A stretch of 64,000 nt of DNA from an uncultured Holophagales bacterium (lineage in GTDB: Bacteria; Acidobacteriota; Thermoanaerobaculia; Multivoradales; UBA5704), in contig CAWJGT010000003.1 in NCBI GenBank assembly GCA_963842525.1, forward strand, positions 1,536,001 through 1,600,000, written 5' to 3'. The first letter of the stretch is position 1. The number at the start of each line of letters is the position of its first letter. A program made the position numbers and the translations under genes. The notes under the pieces are model-generated. The model searched no databases, was not told where the DNA came from, and saw only the letters and a program-made list of their open reading frames with translations. Positions 55,301 through 64,000 of the stretch are shown here, in pieces.

Positions 55301-55522
55301 CCTCACCCCCTGTCCCCCTCTCCCATCGCCCCCCCACCGACCGGGAGAGGGGGGACGCGTCCGGGCTCTTCCTCAGAATTCTTCCGGTATGGCAGCGGAA
55401 AGCTCGGCGAAGACGAAACTGGCCGCTCCCACTCCTGTTTGGGCTCGGCAAGATGGCTCGGCCTACGTCCCCCCTCTCCCGGTCGGTGGGGGGGCGATGG
55501 GAGAGGGGGACAGGGGGTGAGG
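55301..55522. repeat. REP/MITE-like palindromic element with perfect 57-bp terminal inverted repeats
   Basis: 55301-55357 cctcaccccctgtccccctctcccatcgcccccccaccgaccgggagaggggggacg is the exact reverse complement of 55466-55522. Each arm also contains a CCCTCTCCC...GGGAGAGGG hairpin. Confidence 0.9.
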
Positions 55523-56226
55523 CTCTTCCTCCTCCTCACCCTCTTCCTCACCCTCGCCGCCCCCGCCCTGGCCTGGGAGGTGAGTCGGGACGCTCCCGAG
55601 CCGGCTTTCCGCGATTTCCACCGCCGCTTCAGCGCAGCGGCCTACAACTATCCGCGGCATGGCGCGGCGCCGCTCGGCTTGATAGGCTTCGAGGTCTACG
55701 CCGACGCCGCTGTGGATCAGGATTTCGGCGATGAGCCGTTCGCCGCGACCGCCCTGGAGGGAGACCCGGTCGGCGACGTCCTCGCCTTTGCCCGTGTCGG
55801 GGCGCGCAAGGGTCTGCCCGGCGGGATCGACCTCGGCCTCTCCTATGGCCAGGCGCTGGGCGGCGACGTCAAGCTCATCTCGGGCGAGATCCAGTACGCG
55901 ATCCTGAAGGGGGGCCTGGTGAAACCGGCCCTCTCCGTGCGGGTGACCGGCACCCAGACCCTCGACGCCGGGGCCTATGACCTCGACCAGTACGGAGCCG
56001 AGTTCCTGCTGAGCAAGGGCTTCACCGTGCTCACTCCCTATGTGGGCGCGGGCGTGATCCGCAGCCAGGGCCGGCTCGAATCCGCGCTGGGCGGCAGGTT
56101 CGAGGACACCCACACCCGCTCGATCATCTACGGCGGGGTGCGGATCAACCTCCTGGTCCCCAAGATCACCATCGAGGTCGAGAAGGCCGAAGTCGTCCAG
56201 GGGGCCGTGCGCGTGGGTTTCGGGCT

Positions 56227-56230
<4 letters not shown>
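55517..56230 (+). CDS. Secreted, probable outer-membrane beta-barrel protein
   Basis: GTG 55517, in frame with ORF 55439..56230. Signal peptide (M)[18 protein letters not shown]; alternating amphipathic strands; C-terminal AVRVGFGL. Confidence 0.7.
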
Positions 56231-57285
<1,055 letters not shown>

Positions 57286-57325
57286 CCAGGGCCGCAGCGG
57301 GGGCTTCGTGGACGTCAGAGGGAGC

Positions 57326-57597
57326 GCGGTCCGCGCGACCGGGACCGCGAAACCGCACTGTGGCCCCGGGGTCCCTGTCACACGGACCGCCCGACGCGCC
57401 ACGCGGACCGCGGTCCCTGCCCGGGGACCTGGCTCCCTGTGTCGGGGACCACGGTCCGGCCGACAGGGAGCCCGGGGCCGCACAGTCGGACCGTGGTCCC
57501 AGTCACACGGACCGCAAGACCAGGACGGCGTTTTCCAAAACCGCTGAGGGGGAGCGCGGTCCGCGCGACAGGGGCCTTGGGTCCGCGCCGGGGGCTG
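57326..57597. repeat. Degenerate 21-nt periodic repeat (GGTCC-N11-GGACC-type units) between convergent genes
   Basis: Units gcggtccgcgcgaccgggacc (57326), ggggtccctgtcacacggacc (57368), tggctccctgtgtcggggacc (57430), gtggtcccagtcacacggacc (57493) and gcggtccgcgcgacaggggcc (57556) keep an approximately 21-nt phase. Confidence 0.7.
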
Positions 57598-57669
57598 GTG
57601 AGCCTATAGGCACCGGCAGCGCTGGATTCGACACGGCTCGCGCTCCCGGTCGCTGGACCGGCGGGTCCT

Positions 57670-58047
57670 CTAGGGCAGCTTCGCCAGCAGGTCGATCTCC
57701 ACCCGCGCCGCCTTGGGGAGGGCGGCCACCTGGACGGTGGAGCGGGCCGGACGATGGTCTCCCATGGCCTCGGCGTAGATCGCGTTGAGCTGGGGGAAAT
57801 CGGCGAGATCGGCCAGATAGACGGTGGCCTTGACCACGTCGGAGAAGCCGCAGCCGGCGCTCGCCAGGACCTGCCGGAGGTTCTCGAAGACGCGTCGGGC
57901 CTGGGCTTCGAAGCCGCCCTCGACCAGGTCGCCGGTCGCGGGATCGATGCCCACCTGGCCGGAGGTGTAGAGCCAGCCGTCGATCGAGACGGACTGGGAG
58001 TACGGCCCGATGGCCTTGGGTGCGCTGTCGGTGTGGTGGAATCGCAT
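57670..58047 (-). CDS. ridA: RidA/YjgF family reactive intermediate (enamine/imine) deaminase
   Basis: ATG 58047: MRFHHTDSAPKAIGPYSQ...YTSGQVGIDP...VVKATVYL...PARSTVQVAALPKAARVEID. Confidence 0.93.
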   Translation of the reverse strand: MRFHHTDSAPKAIGPYSQSVSIDGWLYTSGQVGIDPATGDLVEGGFEAQARRVFENLRQVLASAGCGFSDVVKATVYLADLADFPQLNAIYAEAMGDHRPARSTVQVAALPKAARVEIDLLAKLP

Positions 58048-58061
58048 GTCGTCTCCTCTTC

Positions 58062-58616
58062 TCAGGACGGGGACGGCACGTCGTCGTCCGCCTGCGTCTC
58101 CTCCTGCTCCTCGTCCAGCACGGCGATGTACGGCAGGTTGCGGTAGCGCTCGTCGAAGTCGAGCCCGTAGCCGACCACGAAGAGGTTCTCGATCGGGAAG
58201 CCGCAGTAGTCGATCTGGACCGGCACCTCGCGCGCCTCCCGCTTGTCGAGCAGGGCGCAGAGGCGGACGCTCCTGGCGCCGCGGAAGCGGAGCAGGCCGA
58301 GGATCGTGTTCAGCGTGTGGCCGGTGTCGACGATGTCCTCGATCAAGAGCACGTCCTTGCCGCGGATCGGCAGGTCCACGTCCTTGCGGATGCGGACCTC
58401 GCCGGCGGTCGTGCCGCTGCCGTAGCTCGAAGTCTGGAAGAAGTCGATCGTGACCGGCACCGTGAGCTGCTTGAGCAGGTCGACCATGAAGAACACCGAT
58501 CCCTTGAGCACGCCGATGCACAGCAGGCGGTCGCTCTCCGCATAGTCGCGGTCGATCTCCCGCGCCAGCTCGGTCACCCGGCGTTCCAGATCCTCCTTCG
58601 TCACCAGCACGCGCAT
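58062..58616 (-). CDS. hpt: Hypoxanthine phosphoribosyltransferase
   Basis: IGVLKGS, SSYG, VLLIEDIVDTGHTL PRPP-binding loop, LLDK, FVVGYGLDFDERYRNLPYI. Confidence 0.97.
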   Translation of the reverse strand: MRVLVTKEDLERRVTELAREIDRDYAESDRLLCIGVLKGSVFFMVDLLKQLTVPVTIDFFQTSSYGSGTTAGEVRIRKDVDLPIRGKDVLLIEDIVDTGHTLNTILGLLRFRGARSVRLCALLDKREAREVPVQIDYCGFPIENLFVVGYGLDFDERYRNLPYIAVLDEEQEETQADDDVPSPS

Positions 58617-58645
58617 CCGCGGTTTCCCTTTCCCCAGAGTTGGCC

Positions 58646-58651
58646 TACAAT
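58646..58651 (+). promoter_or_regulatory. Candidate sigma70 -10 box (TACAAT) for the 58682 gene
   Basis: TACAAT about 30 nt upstream of ATG 58682 in the short divergent gap from hpt. Confidence 0.35.
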
Positions 58652-58681
58652 CATCGGGAACTTTCGAGGTCTGAACAACCT

Positions 58682-60265
58682 ATGAGCACCGTCCAGGATC
58701 TGAGCGTCCTGCATCGCCGCTACGCCGACCTCTCGCACCGCTTCCGGGCGGGGTGGACCTTCCATCAGTTCCTGCAGAGCCTCGGCAAGAGCATCCTCCA
58801 GCGCACGGAGGATAAATACTCCTCCGATTTCCAGGATTTGTACAACGCGCTGAAGGAGGTCTCCCAGAGCCTCAATGCCTCGGAGAGTGGGCGCATGCGC
58901 GGCCGGCTCGACGCGGTCGACCGCCAGCTCACCGAGATGATGGCGGCGCTCGACGAGGAGGATAACAGAGTCTCCCCCGACATGACGCGGCAGTTCTTCC
59001 GGCGGGTCAAGACCTACGACGACAAGATCCTGACCCAGCTCGTGAAGTTCTACCTGTACATCCAGCGGGGAGGTCCCTGGCCGCACGACCGCCTCGACAA
59101 GGTCGACTTCCTCCTCGCCCGGATGAGCGAGCAGGAGGACGAGCGCACCGGCGAGGTGGTCCTCTGCGACGCACCCCGCCTCGGAGAGATCTTCCAGGGC
59201 TTCTGGGCCCTGCTCGGCGCCGAGCCCGCGGACCCCGGGGTGGTGGCCGAAAAGCGGGCCGCCATCGACGCCTTGCGCGCCGAAGTCATCAAGATCGACG
59301 GCCTCGAACGGCTCAACGAGAGCGCCCTGTTGCGCCGCTTCCGCGACCTCAAGCACGACCTCGGAGCCCTCTTCTTCGAGCCCGACCTGCTGCTGGCCAT
59401 CCAGGAGACCAACCTCGCGCTCAAGAGCCGTATCCAGAAGCTCTACCACCAGGAGGAGCGGCGGATCGTCGCCGAATACCAGCGGGTCTTCGAGCTGGAG
59501 CGCGAGGTCCCGGTCGACCGCGAGCTCGACCAGGAGCTGACGGACTTCCGCAAGGACATCGAACGCTTCGAGAAGAAGCTCCAGAGCCAGGAGTTCAAGC
59601 TGGAGGACATCGCCCAGATCCGGCAGCGGGTACGCATGCTCCTGCCGCGCCTGAGTGCCGGCCGGCAGGCCACGCAGGGCTTCGAGGGCACCCGCTCCGG
59701 GACGCTGACGACCGGGGAGCACATCCTGAACGCCTCCGCGAAGGCCACGGAGTCGCCTCTCGAGACGCACGAGGAGCTGATTGGCGAGCCCTACCGCCGG
59801 GTCGTGGAAGCCCTGCGCGAGGTCAATCCGGAGATGGCTCCCGAGCGGGCGGTGCTGATCCCCGAGATCTTCCCCCTGCGGCTCGAGCCCCGCGAGGTTC
59901 TGGCCTACCAGCGCCTTTTCGGCCGCAAGCCGTGCGACCGCGAGCTGGAGCAGTTCCTGCTGCAGGCCGCGGCGTTGCGGGTGCGCGTCAACGACGAGGC
60001 GCAGGAGGTCACCAGCATCCTGGACGAGACCTCCATCACCGGCGATTCCCCGGTGTATGGCCGGGCGCGGCTCACCACCCGGCTCGCCGACGATTACCTC
60101 TGGCGCTTCAGCCACATCCTGAGCCAGGCCCTCCTTGCACCCGACGCCAACGAGAGCCGCCAGCTCGAGGTGCTGCGGATGCGCCTGATGCGCGACTACT
60201 CCGGGCTGTGGCTGCTGGTCTACAAGCCCTTCTTCACCCGCCGGCCCAGCGGCACCATGGCCTGA
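58682..60265 (+). CDS. Hypothetical all-alpha/coiled-coil protein (~527 aa)
   Basis: Clean GC3-biased ORF (58640..60265; ATG at 58682), rich in E/L/R/K, with heptad-like stretches. No family recognised. Confidence 0.8.
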   Translation: MSTVQDLSVLHRRYADLSHRFRAGWTFHQFLQSLGKSILQRTEDKYSSDFQDLYNALKEVSQSLNASESGRMRGRLDAVDRQLTEMMAALDEEDNRVSPDMTRQFFRRVKTYDDKILTQLVKFYLYIQRGGPWPHDRLDKVDFLLARMSEQEDERTGEVVLCDAPRLGEIFQGFWALLGAEPADPGVVAEKRAAIDALRAEVIKIDGLERLNESALLRRFRDLKHDLGALFFEPDLLLAIQETNLALKSRIQKLYHQEERRIVAEYQRVFELEREVPVDRELDQELTDFRKDIERFEKKLQSQEFKLEDIAQIRQRVRMLLPRLSAGRQATQGFEGTRSGTLTTGEHILNASAKATESPLETHEELIGEPYRRVVEALREVNPEMAPERAVLIPEIFPLRLEPREVLAYQRLFGRKPCDRELEQFLLQAAALRVRVNDEAQEVTSILDETSITGDSPVYGRARLTTRLADDYLWRFSHILSQALLAPDANESRQLEVLRMRLMRDYSGLWLLVYKPFFTRRPSGTMA

Positions 60266-60273
60266 GCGGCGCG

Positions 60274-61380
60274 TTGAGCCTCGAGGTCCTGGACGCCGAG
60301 CGCGACCCTCAGGCCCTCCTCTGGTTCCTGGCGCTCCCGGAGGCGGTCTATCGCGGCGATCCCTGGTCCAACCCGACCCCCCGGAGCGACGTCCTGACCA
60401 GCCTGCGCCGTCCGGAATTCGCCGGCTCCCGGCGGGTCTGGGTGGCGGTCGAGGGAGAGAGGCCCCTCGCGCGGCTGGTTGCGCTGCGGTCGCCCGCGCT
60501 CAAGGACGAGGCCGGTCTGCCGTACGGCATGATCGGCTTCTTCGAGGCGGTGGACGGCCCGGACGGCAGGGAGGCGACAAGCCGCCTCTTCCGCCAGGCG
60601 GTCGGCTGGCTGCGCGAGACCGGTGCCGGCGAGATCCTGGGCCCGATGGACGGCGACACCTGGCACAGGTACCGGCTCAACGCCGGCCCATTCGACGGGC
60701 CGCCCTTTCTGCTGGAGCCCTGGAACCCGCCGTACTACGAATCGCTCTGGGAAGCCGCCGGGTTCCGGGTGCTGGAGAGCTATTTCTCCACCCGGGTCGA
60801 CGCCGCGGCCGTGGTCGCCGCGCTGGAGCCGAAGCATCGGGCGGCCCTGGCGGCCGGCTACAGGCTGCGGCGGCTGGACATGGGCCGCTTCGAGGACGAG
60901 CTCCGGCGCCTGTATCGCCTGTCGACGGTGATCTTCGCGGGTAATTTCCTCTATACGGAGATCCCCGAGCGGGAGTTCCTCGCCCTCTACGCCGGATCGC
61001 GGCCGATCCTCGATCCGGACCTCGTCTGGTTCGCGAGCACGGCCCAGGGAGAGGATGTCGGGTTCCTCTTCGCCTATCCGGACCGTTTCCGCGCCGTGGC
61101 GGCGATGCGCGGCCGGCGCCATCTCCTCGCCAGGCTCCGGTTCCTCCTGCACCGCGATGAGGTGGACGCGGTCGATTTCAAGACCCTGGGCGTGCTGCCT
61201 GGGCACCGCCGGGCCGGCCTCGCCGCCGCCCTGATGTACCAGGGGCATCGCGTCGCGCTGGAGAAGGGCTACCGGACCGCCAACCACTGCCTGTTCCGCG
61301 AAGGCAACCCCTCCGGCGAGATGGACGGCGGCGCGGGGCGCCTGCTGCGGCGGTATCACCTGTACCGGTACGAAGGATGA
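60274..61380 (+). CDS. GNAT-family N-acyltransferase (YghO-like)
   Basis: C-terminal part of ORF 59932..61380 from TTG 60274: YGMIGFFE, GPMDGDTWHRYR, EPWNPPYY, and the acyl-CoA-binding motif LGVLPGHRRAGLAAAL. Confidence 0.8.
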   Translation: MSLEVLDAERDPQALLWFLALPEAVYRGDPWSNPTPRSDVLTSLRRPEFAGSRRVWVAVEGERPLARLVALRSPALKDEAGLPYGMIGFFEAVDGPDGREATSRLFRQAVGWLRETGAGEILGPMDGDTWHRYRLNAGPFDGPPFLLEPWNPPYYESLWEAAGFRVLESYFSTRVDAAAVVAALEPKHRAALAAGYRLRRLDMGRFEDELRRLYRLSTVIFAGNFLYTEIPEREFLALYAGSRPILDPDLVWFASTAQGEDVGFLFAYPDRFRAVAAMRGRRHLLARLRFLLHRDEVDAVDFKTLGVLPGHRRAGLAAALMYQGHRVALEKGYRTANHCLFREGNPSGEMDGGAGRLLRRYHLYRYEG

Positions 61381-61381
61381 G

Positions 61382-63109
61382 ATGAGCCCCTCACCCCCTG
61401 ACCCCCTCTCCCATCCGCACTCCCTTCCGCCCGGGAGAGGGGGAAAACCTCTGGCTCCCCTCTCCCGGGGGCCTGGGGGGGCGGTTGGGAGAGGGGCTGG
61501 GGGTGAGGGGTCCCCTGCCCACAACGTGCTGTCCGTGCTCCAGGAGGTGGCCGGCCGCGTGCCGGACCGCCCGGCCCTGGTGATGCAGGACGGCAGCATC
61601 ACCTTCGCCGGACTCTGGGCGCGGATCGACCGCGTCTCGGCGGGGCTGCGGCAGCGGGGCCTCACGCCGGGCGACCGGGCGGTCGTCATGATCCCCATGT
61701 CGATCGACCTGTATGTGGCCCTGCTGGCGGTCCTGGAGATCGGGGCCGTCGCGGTCTTCGTCGACCCCTGGATCGGCCGCCGCCAGATCGCTGCCTTCGC
61801 GGCCTTCGCGGAGCCGCGCGCCTGGCTCGGAATCCCGGCGAGCCACCTCCTGCGTGTCCTCGCGCCAGGGCTGCGGAGGATCCCGTTGACCGTCACGACC
61901 GGGAGACGGCTCGGCAGCCTGCCGGCCCGGCACACCCTGGCCGAGCTGGAGGAGGAGCACGGCGACGGCCGCGTCGAGGCGGTCGAGCCGGACGACTCCG
62001 CCCTGATCACCTTCACCAGCGGCTCCAGCGGCGAGCCCAAGGGGGCCGACCGCACGCATCGCTTTCTCCTGGCGCAGCACCGCGCCCTGGCCGCCGAGTT
62101 TCCGGCCCGGGAGGGCGACGTGGACATGCCCATGTTCCCGGTCTTCGCCCTCAACAACCTGGCGAGCGGCGTGACCTCGGTCGTGCCTGCCATGGACTTC
62201 CGCCGCGTCGAAAAGGTCGACGCCGCGCGGGTCCTGCGCCAGATGCGGGCGCACCGGGTGACCACCTGCACGGCCTCGCCGCCGTTCTTCGACCGGATCG
62301 CCGAGCGGCTCGCCGCACGCCCTGGGGAGGCCCCACCCCTGCGCCGGCTGCTCACCGGGGGAGCGCCCGTGTCCGACGCGCAGCTCGCGGCCTGGCGCCG
62401 CGTCCTGCCCGCGCCCGAGCTTCTGGTCGTCTACGGCTCGACCGAGGCCGAGCCGGTGGCCCACGTCACGGCCGAGGAGCGGAAGGAGGCCCGCAGCGAC
62501 ATCCGTCCGGCAAGCCCGGGCTTCTGCGTCGGCCGCCCGAGCGACCGGGTGCGCACCAGGGTGATCCACATCCACGACGGCCCCGTCGAGCTGGGGGAGA
62601 GAGGATGGGACGCCTGGGAGCTGCCCGCCGGCAAGATCGGCGAGCTGGCCGTCTCCGGCGATCACGTCTGCCGGAGCTACTACCGGAACCCCGGGGCGGT
62701 GCGGGAGAACAAGATCGCCGGGCCGGGCGGCACGGTCTGGCACCGCATGGGGGACACCGGCTATTTCGACAGCCAGGGGAGGTTCTGGCTGGCCGGTCGC
62801 GTCCATTCGACGATCCGGCGCGGCGGCCGGCCGGTCCACCCGCAGCTCGTCGAGCAGGCCGCCCGGGGAGACGACCGCCGCATCCGCCGCGTGGCCGCCG
62901 TGGGCGTGCCCGATCCCGGGAAGGGAGAGAAGGTCGTCGTGGTCGTCGAGACGGACGCGGGAGCCGGGCTGCGGCAGGACGTCGAGAGCCGGCTGACGGC
63001 AGCGGGGCAGCCGTTCGACGAAATTCGCGTGACCGCCGATCCCCTGCCCGTCGATCCACGCCACAACAGCAAGATTGACTATCGGAGGCTGCGGGAACGG
63101 TTGGTGTAG
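61382..63109 (+). CDS. OleC-like AMP-dependent fatty-acid ligase / beta-lactone synthetase family protein
   Basis: ITFTSGSSGEPKG, YGSTEAEPV, WHRMGDTGYFD, and C-terminal LPVDPRHNSKIDY resembling the OleC-family end. The first ~45 codons are a translated palindromic repeat. Confidence 0.82.
   Translation: MSPSPPDPLSHPHSLPPGRGGKPLAPLSRGPGGAVGRGAGGEGSPAHNVLSVLQEVAGRVPDRPALVMQDGSITFAGLWARIDRVSAGLRQRGLTPGDRAVVMIPMSIDLYVALLAVLEIGAVAVFVDPWIGRRQIAAFAAFAEPRAWLGIPASHLLRVLAPGLRRIPLTVTTGRRLGSLPARHTLAELEEEHGDGRVEAVEPDDSALITFTSGSSGEPKGADRTHRFLLAQHRALAAEFPAREGDVDMPMFPVFALNNLASGVTSVVPAMDFRRVEKVDAARVLRQMRAHRVTTCTASPPFFDRIAERLAARPGEAPPLRRLLTGGAPVSDAQLAAWRRVLPAPELLVVYGSTEAEPVAHVTAEERKEARSDIRPASPGFCVGRPSDRVRTRVIHIHDGPVELGERGWDAWELPAGKIGELAVSGDHVCRSYYRNPGAVRENKIAGPGGTVWHRMGDTGYFDSQGRFWLAGRVHSTIRRGGRPVHPQLVEQAARGDDRRIRRVAAVGVPDPGKGEKVVVVVETDAGAGLRQDVESRLTAAGQPFDEIRVTADPLPVDPRHNSKIDYRRLRERLV
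61387..61511. repeat. CCCTCACCCC/CCCTCTCCC palindromic element inserted in-frame just after the OleC-like start codon
   Basis: cccctcaccccctgaccccctctccc...gggagagggg...ccctctcccgg...gggagaggggctgggggtgagggg; same family as 55301-55522. Confidence 0.8.
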
Positions 63110-63111
63110 GA

Positions 63112-63283
63112 GCCCTCTCCCCCTACCCCCTCTCCCGTGCGTCCCCCTCCCCCCACCCCGAACGGGAGAGGGGGAATGCTGTGGCAGCCGCAGAAGAAAA
63201 GCATTTGGTTGGGGTGGGGGCGCCCTTCTCCCGCTCGGGGTGGGGGGTGGTGGACGCGCGGGGGAGGGGTCGGGGGAGGGGCC
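63112..63283. repeat. Third CCCTCTCCC/GGGAGAGGG palindromic element, immediately after the OleC-like stop codon
   Basis: gccctctccccctaccccctctccc...gggagagggg...ttctcccgctcggggtgggggg...ggggaggggtcgggggaggggc; imperfect inverted arms. Confidence 0.75.
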
Positions 63284-63307
63284 GATCCTGCTATGCTTGC
63301 CCCAGCG

Positions 63308-64000
63308 ATGAAATCCATCCTGACCTGCGAGTCGGGCGTGCTGTCGAGGCACCGCCGGTGTGGTGGTCTCCGCCTGCGCCGGCTCCTTGCTTCCTGGTGC
63401 TCGGCCGCCGTCCTGAGCTGCACGGTTGCCTGCGGCGGCCCGGCGGGCAAGGACGCTCTCGGCGGCGGCCCTGTCCTGCACCTCGCCGATCACCTCACGG
63501 AGGCCACGATTGAGAGCGGAGCGTCGCCGGCCGCGGCGCGGCGGGAGCGCGTCTGGGACCTCGCCGTATCGCGGCCCGAGTGGCGGACGGTCTCCGCGGC
63601 CGACGTGCCGCGCCTCGCCGTGGTGGCGCTCGAGCCGGTGGCGGACGGTGTGCGCATGGCTCTCTCGCGGCCGCCGCGCTCCACGAGCCCGATGCTCCTC
63701 GGCGGCATCGCGGTCGACCTCGACAACCTCCGCTTCGACGACTGGGACACCGTCCTGGTGCGAGCCCGTTCGCACGACCGGCTCGGCGGCATCACGGTCT
63801 CCTACAACCTCGACGAGCCGGGCGCGGTGCCCGGCGAGGCCCTGTTCTTCCATGGCGGGCCCTCGGTGCCGCCGGTGTTCTCCGACGGCTCCGTCCAGAT
63901 CTACGCCATCCCGCTGCAACCGCGGCGGGGGCCGCCGCGGCCCGAGACGCTCCGCAGCCTGGGTGTCTTTGCGGCGGCGCCGGCGGAGGTCCATCTGGAC
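63308..64000 (+). CDS. Partial exported lipoprotein running off the right edge; possibly the N-terminal region of a sulfatase-like hydrolase
   Basis: Translated by hand, no stop before the window end: MKSILTCESG...LASWCSAAVLSCTVACGGPAGK...VLHLADHLTEATIES...PVFSDGSVQIYAIPL. Lipobox-like VAC; TGnTATGCT just upstream (63289-63297). No catalytic domain in the window, so the sulfatase guess is weak. Confidence 0.6.
   Translation, partial: MKSILTCESGVLSRHRRCGGLRLRRLLASWCSAAVLSCTVACGGPAGKDALGGGPVLHLADHLTEATIESGASPAAARRERVWDLAVSRPEWRTVSAADVPRLAVVALEPVADGVRMALSRPPRSTSPMLLGGIAVDLDNLRFDDWDTVLVRARSHDRLGGITVSYNLDEPGAVPGEALFFHGGPSVPPVFSDGSVQIYAIPLQPRRGPPRPETLRSLGVFAAAPAEVHLD

Noticed and set aside
57326-57597. 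CRISPR array
   Set aside because: Units are 21 nt, degenerate and contiguous, with no constant repeat/unique spacer structure and no cas genes.
61391-63994. 867-aa minus-strand ORF and other minus-strand ORFs over 58601-63994
   Set aside because: Antisense shadows of the plus-strand hypothetical, GNAT, ligase and lipoprotein genes, with no recognisable motifs.

Overview
Very GC-rich bacterial DNA. Gene and repeat style suggests Acidobacteriota such as Thermoanaerobaculia, but that is inference only. Positions 1-53301 (minus strand) are the first ~53 kb of a large hybrid NRPS/type I PKS lipopeptide cluster that runs off the left edge. It has five megasynthase genes, three of them broken by seven single-base insertions that look like systematic sequencing errors. 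Reconstructed line: FAAL-ACP-C-A(Ala)-T-C-A(Gln-like?)-T-C-A(Ala)-T | C-A(Val)-T-C-A(?)-T-C-A(Lys2/aminoadipate-type)-T-KS-AT*-ACP-C-A(Gly-type, D235N)-T-C-T-Cy-A(Cys)/Ox-T | KS-AT-KR[DH inserted]-ACP | C(DCL-like)-A(?)-T-C-A(Tyr)-T-KS-AT-ACP-C | I-domain-A(Asn)-T-C(modAA-like)... I recognise no known product with this architecture. Positions 53669-64000 hold riboflavin synthase, a degenerate radical-SAM-like/PolX-HhH protein, an outer-membrane protein, threonine aldolase, RidA, Hpt, an all-helical hypothetical protein, a GNAT protein, an OleC-like ligase and a partial lipoprotein. Three CCCTCTCCC/GGGAGAGGG palindromic elements and a 21-nt periodic repeat lie among them. Substrate codes were read by eye from alignment to GrsA-PheA, and domain boundaries are approximate.
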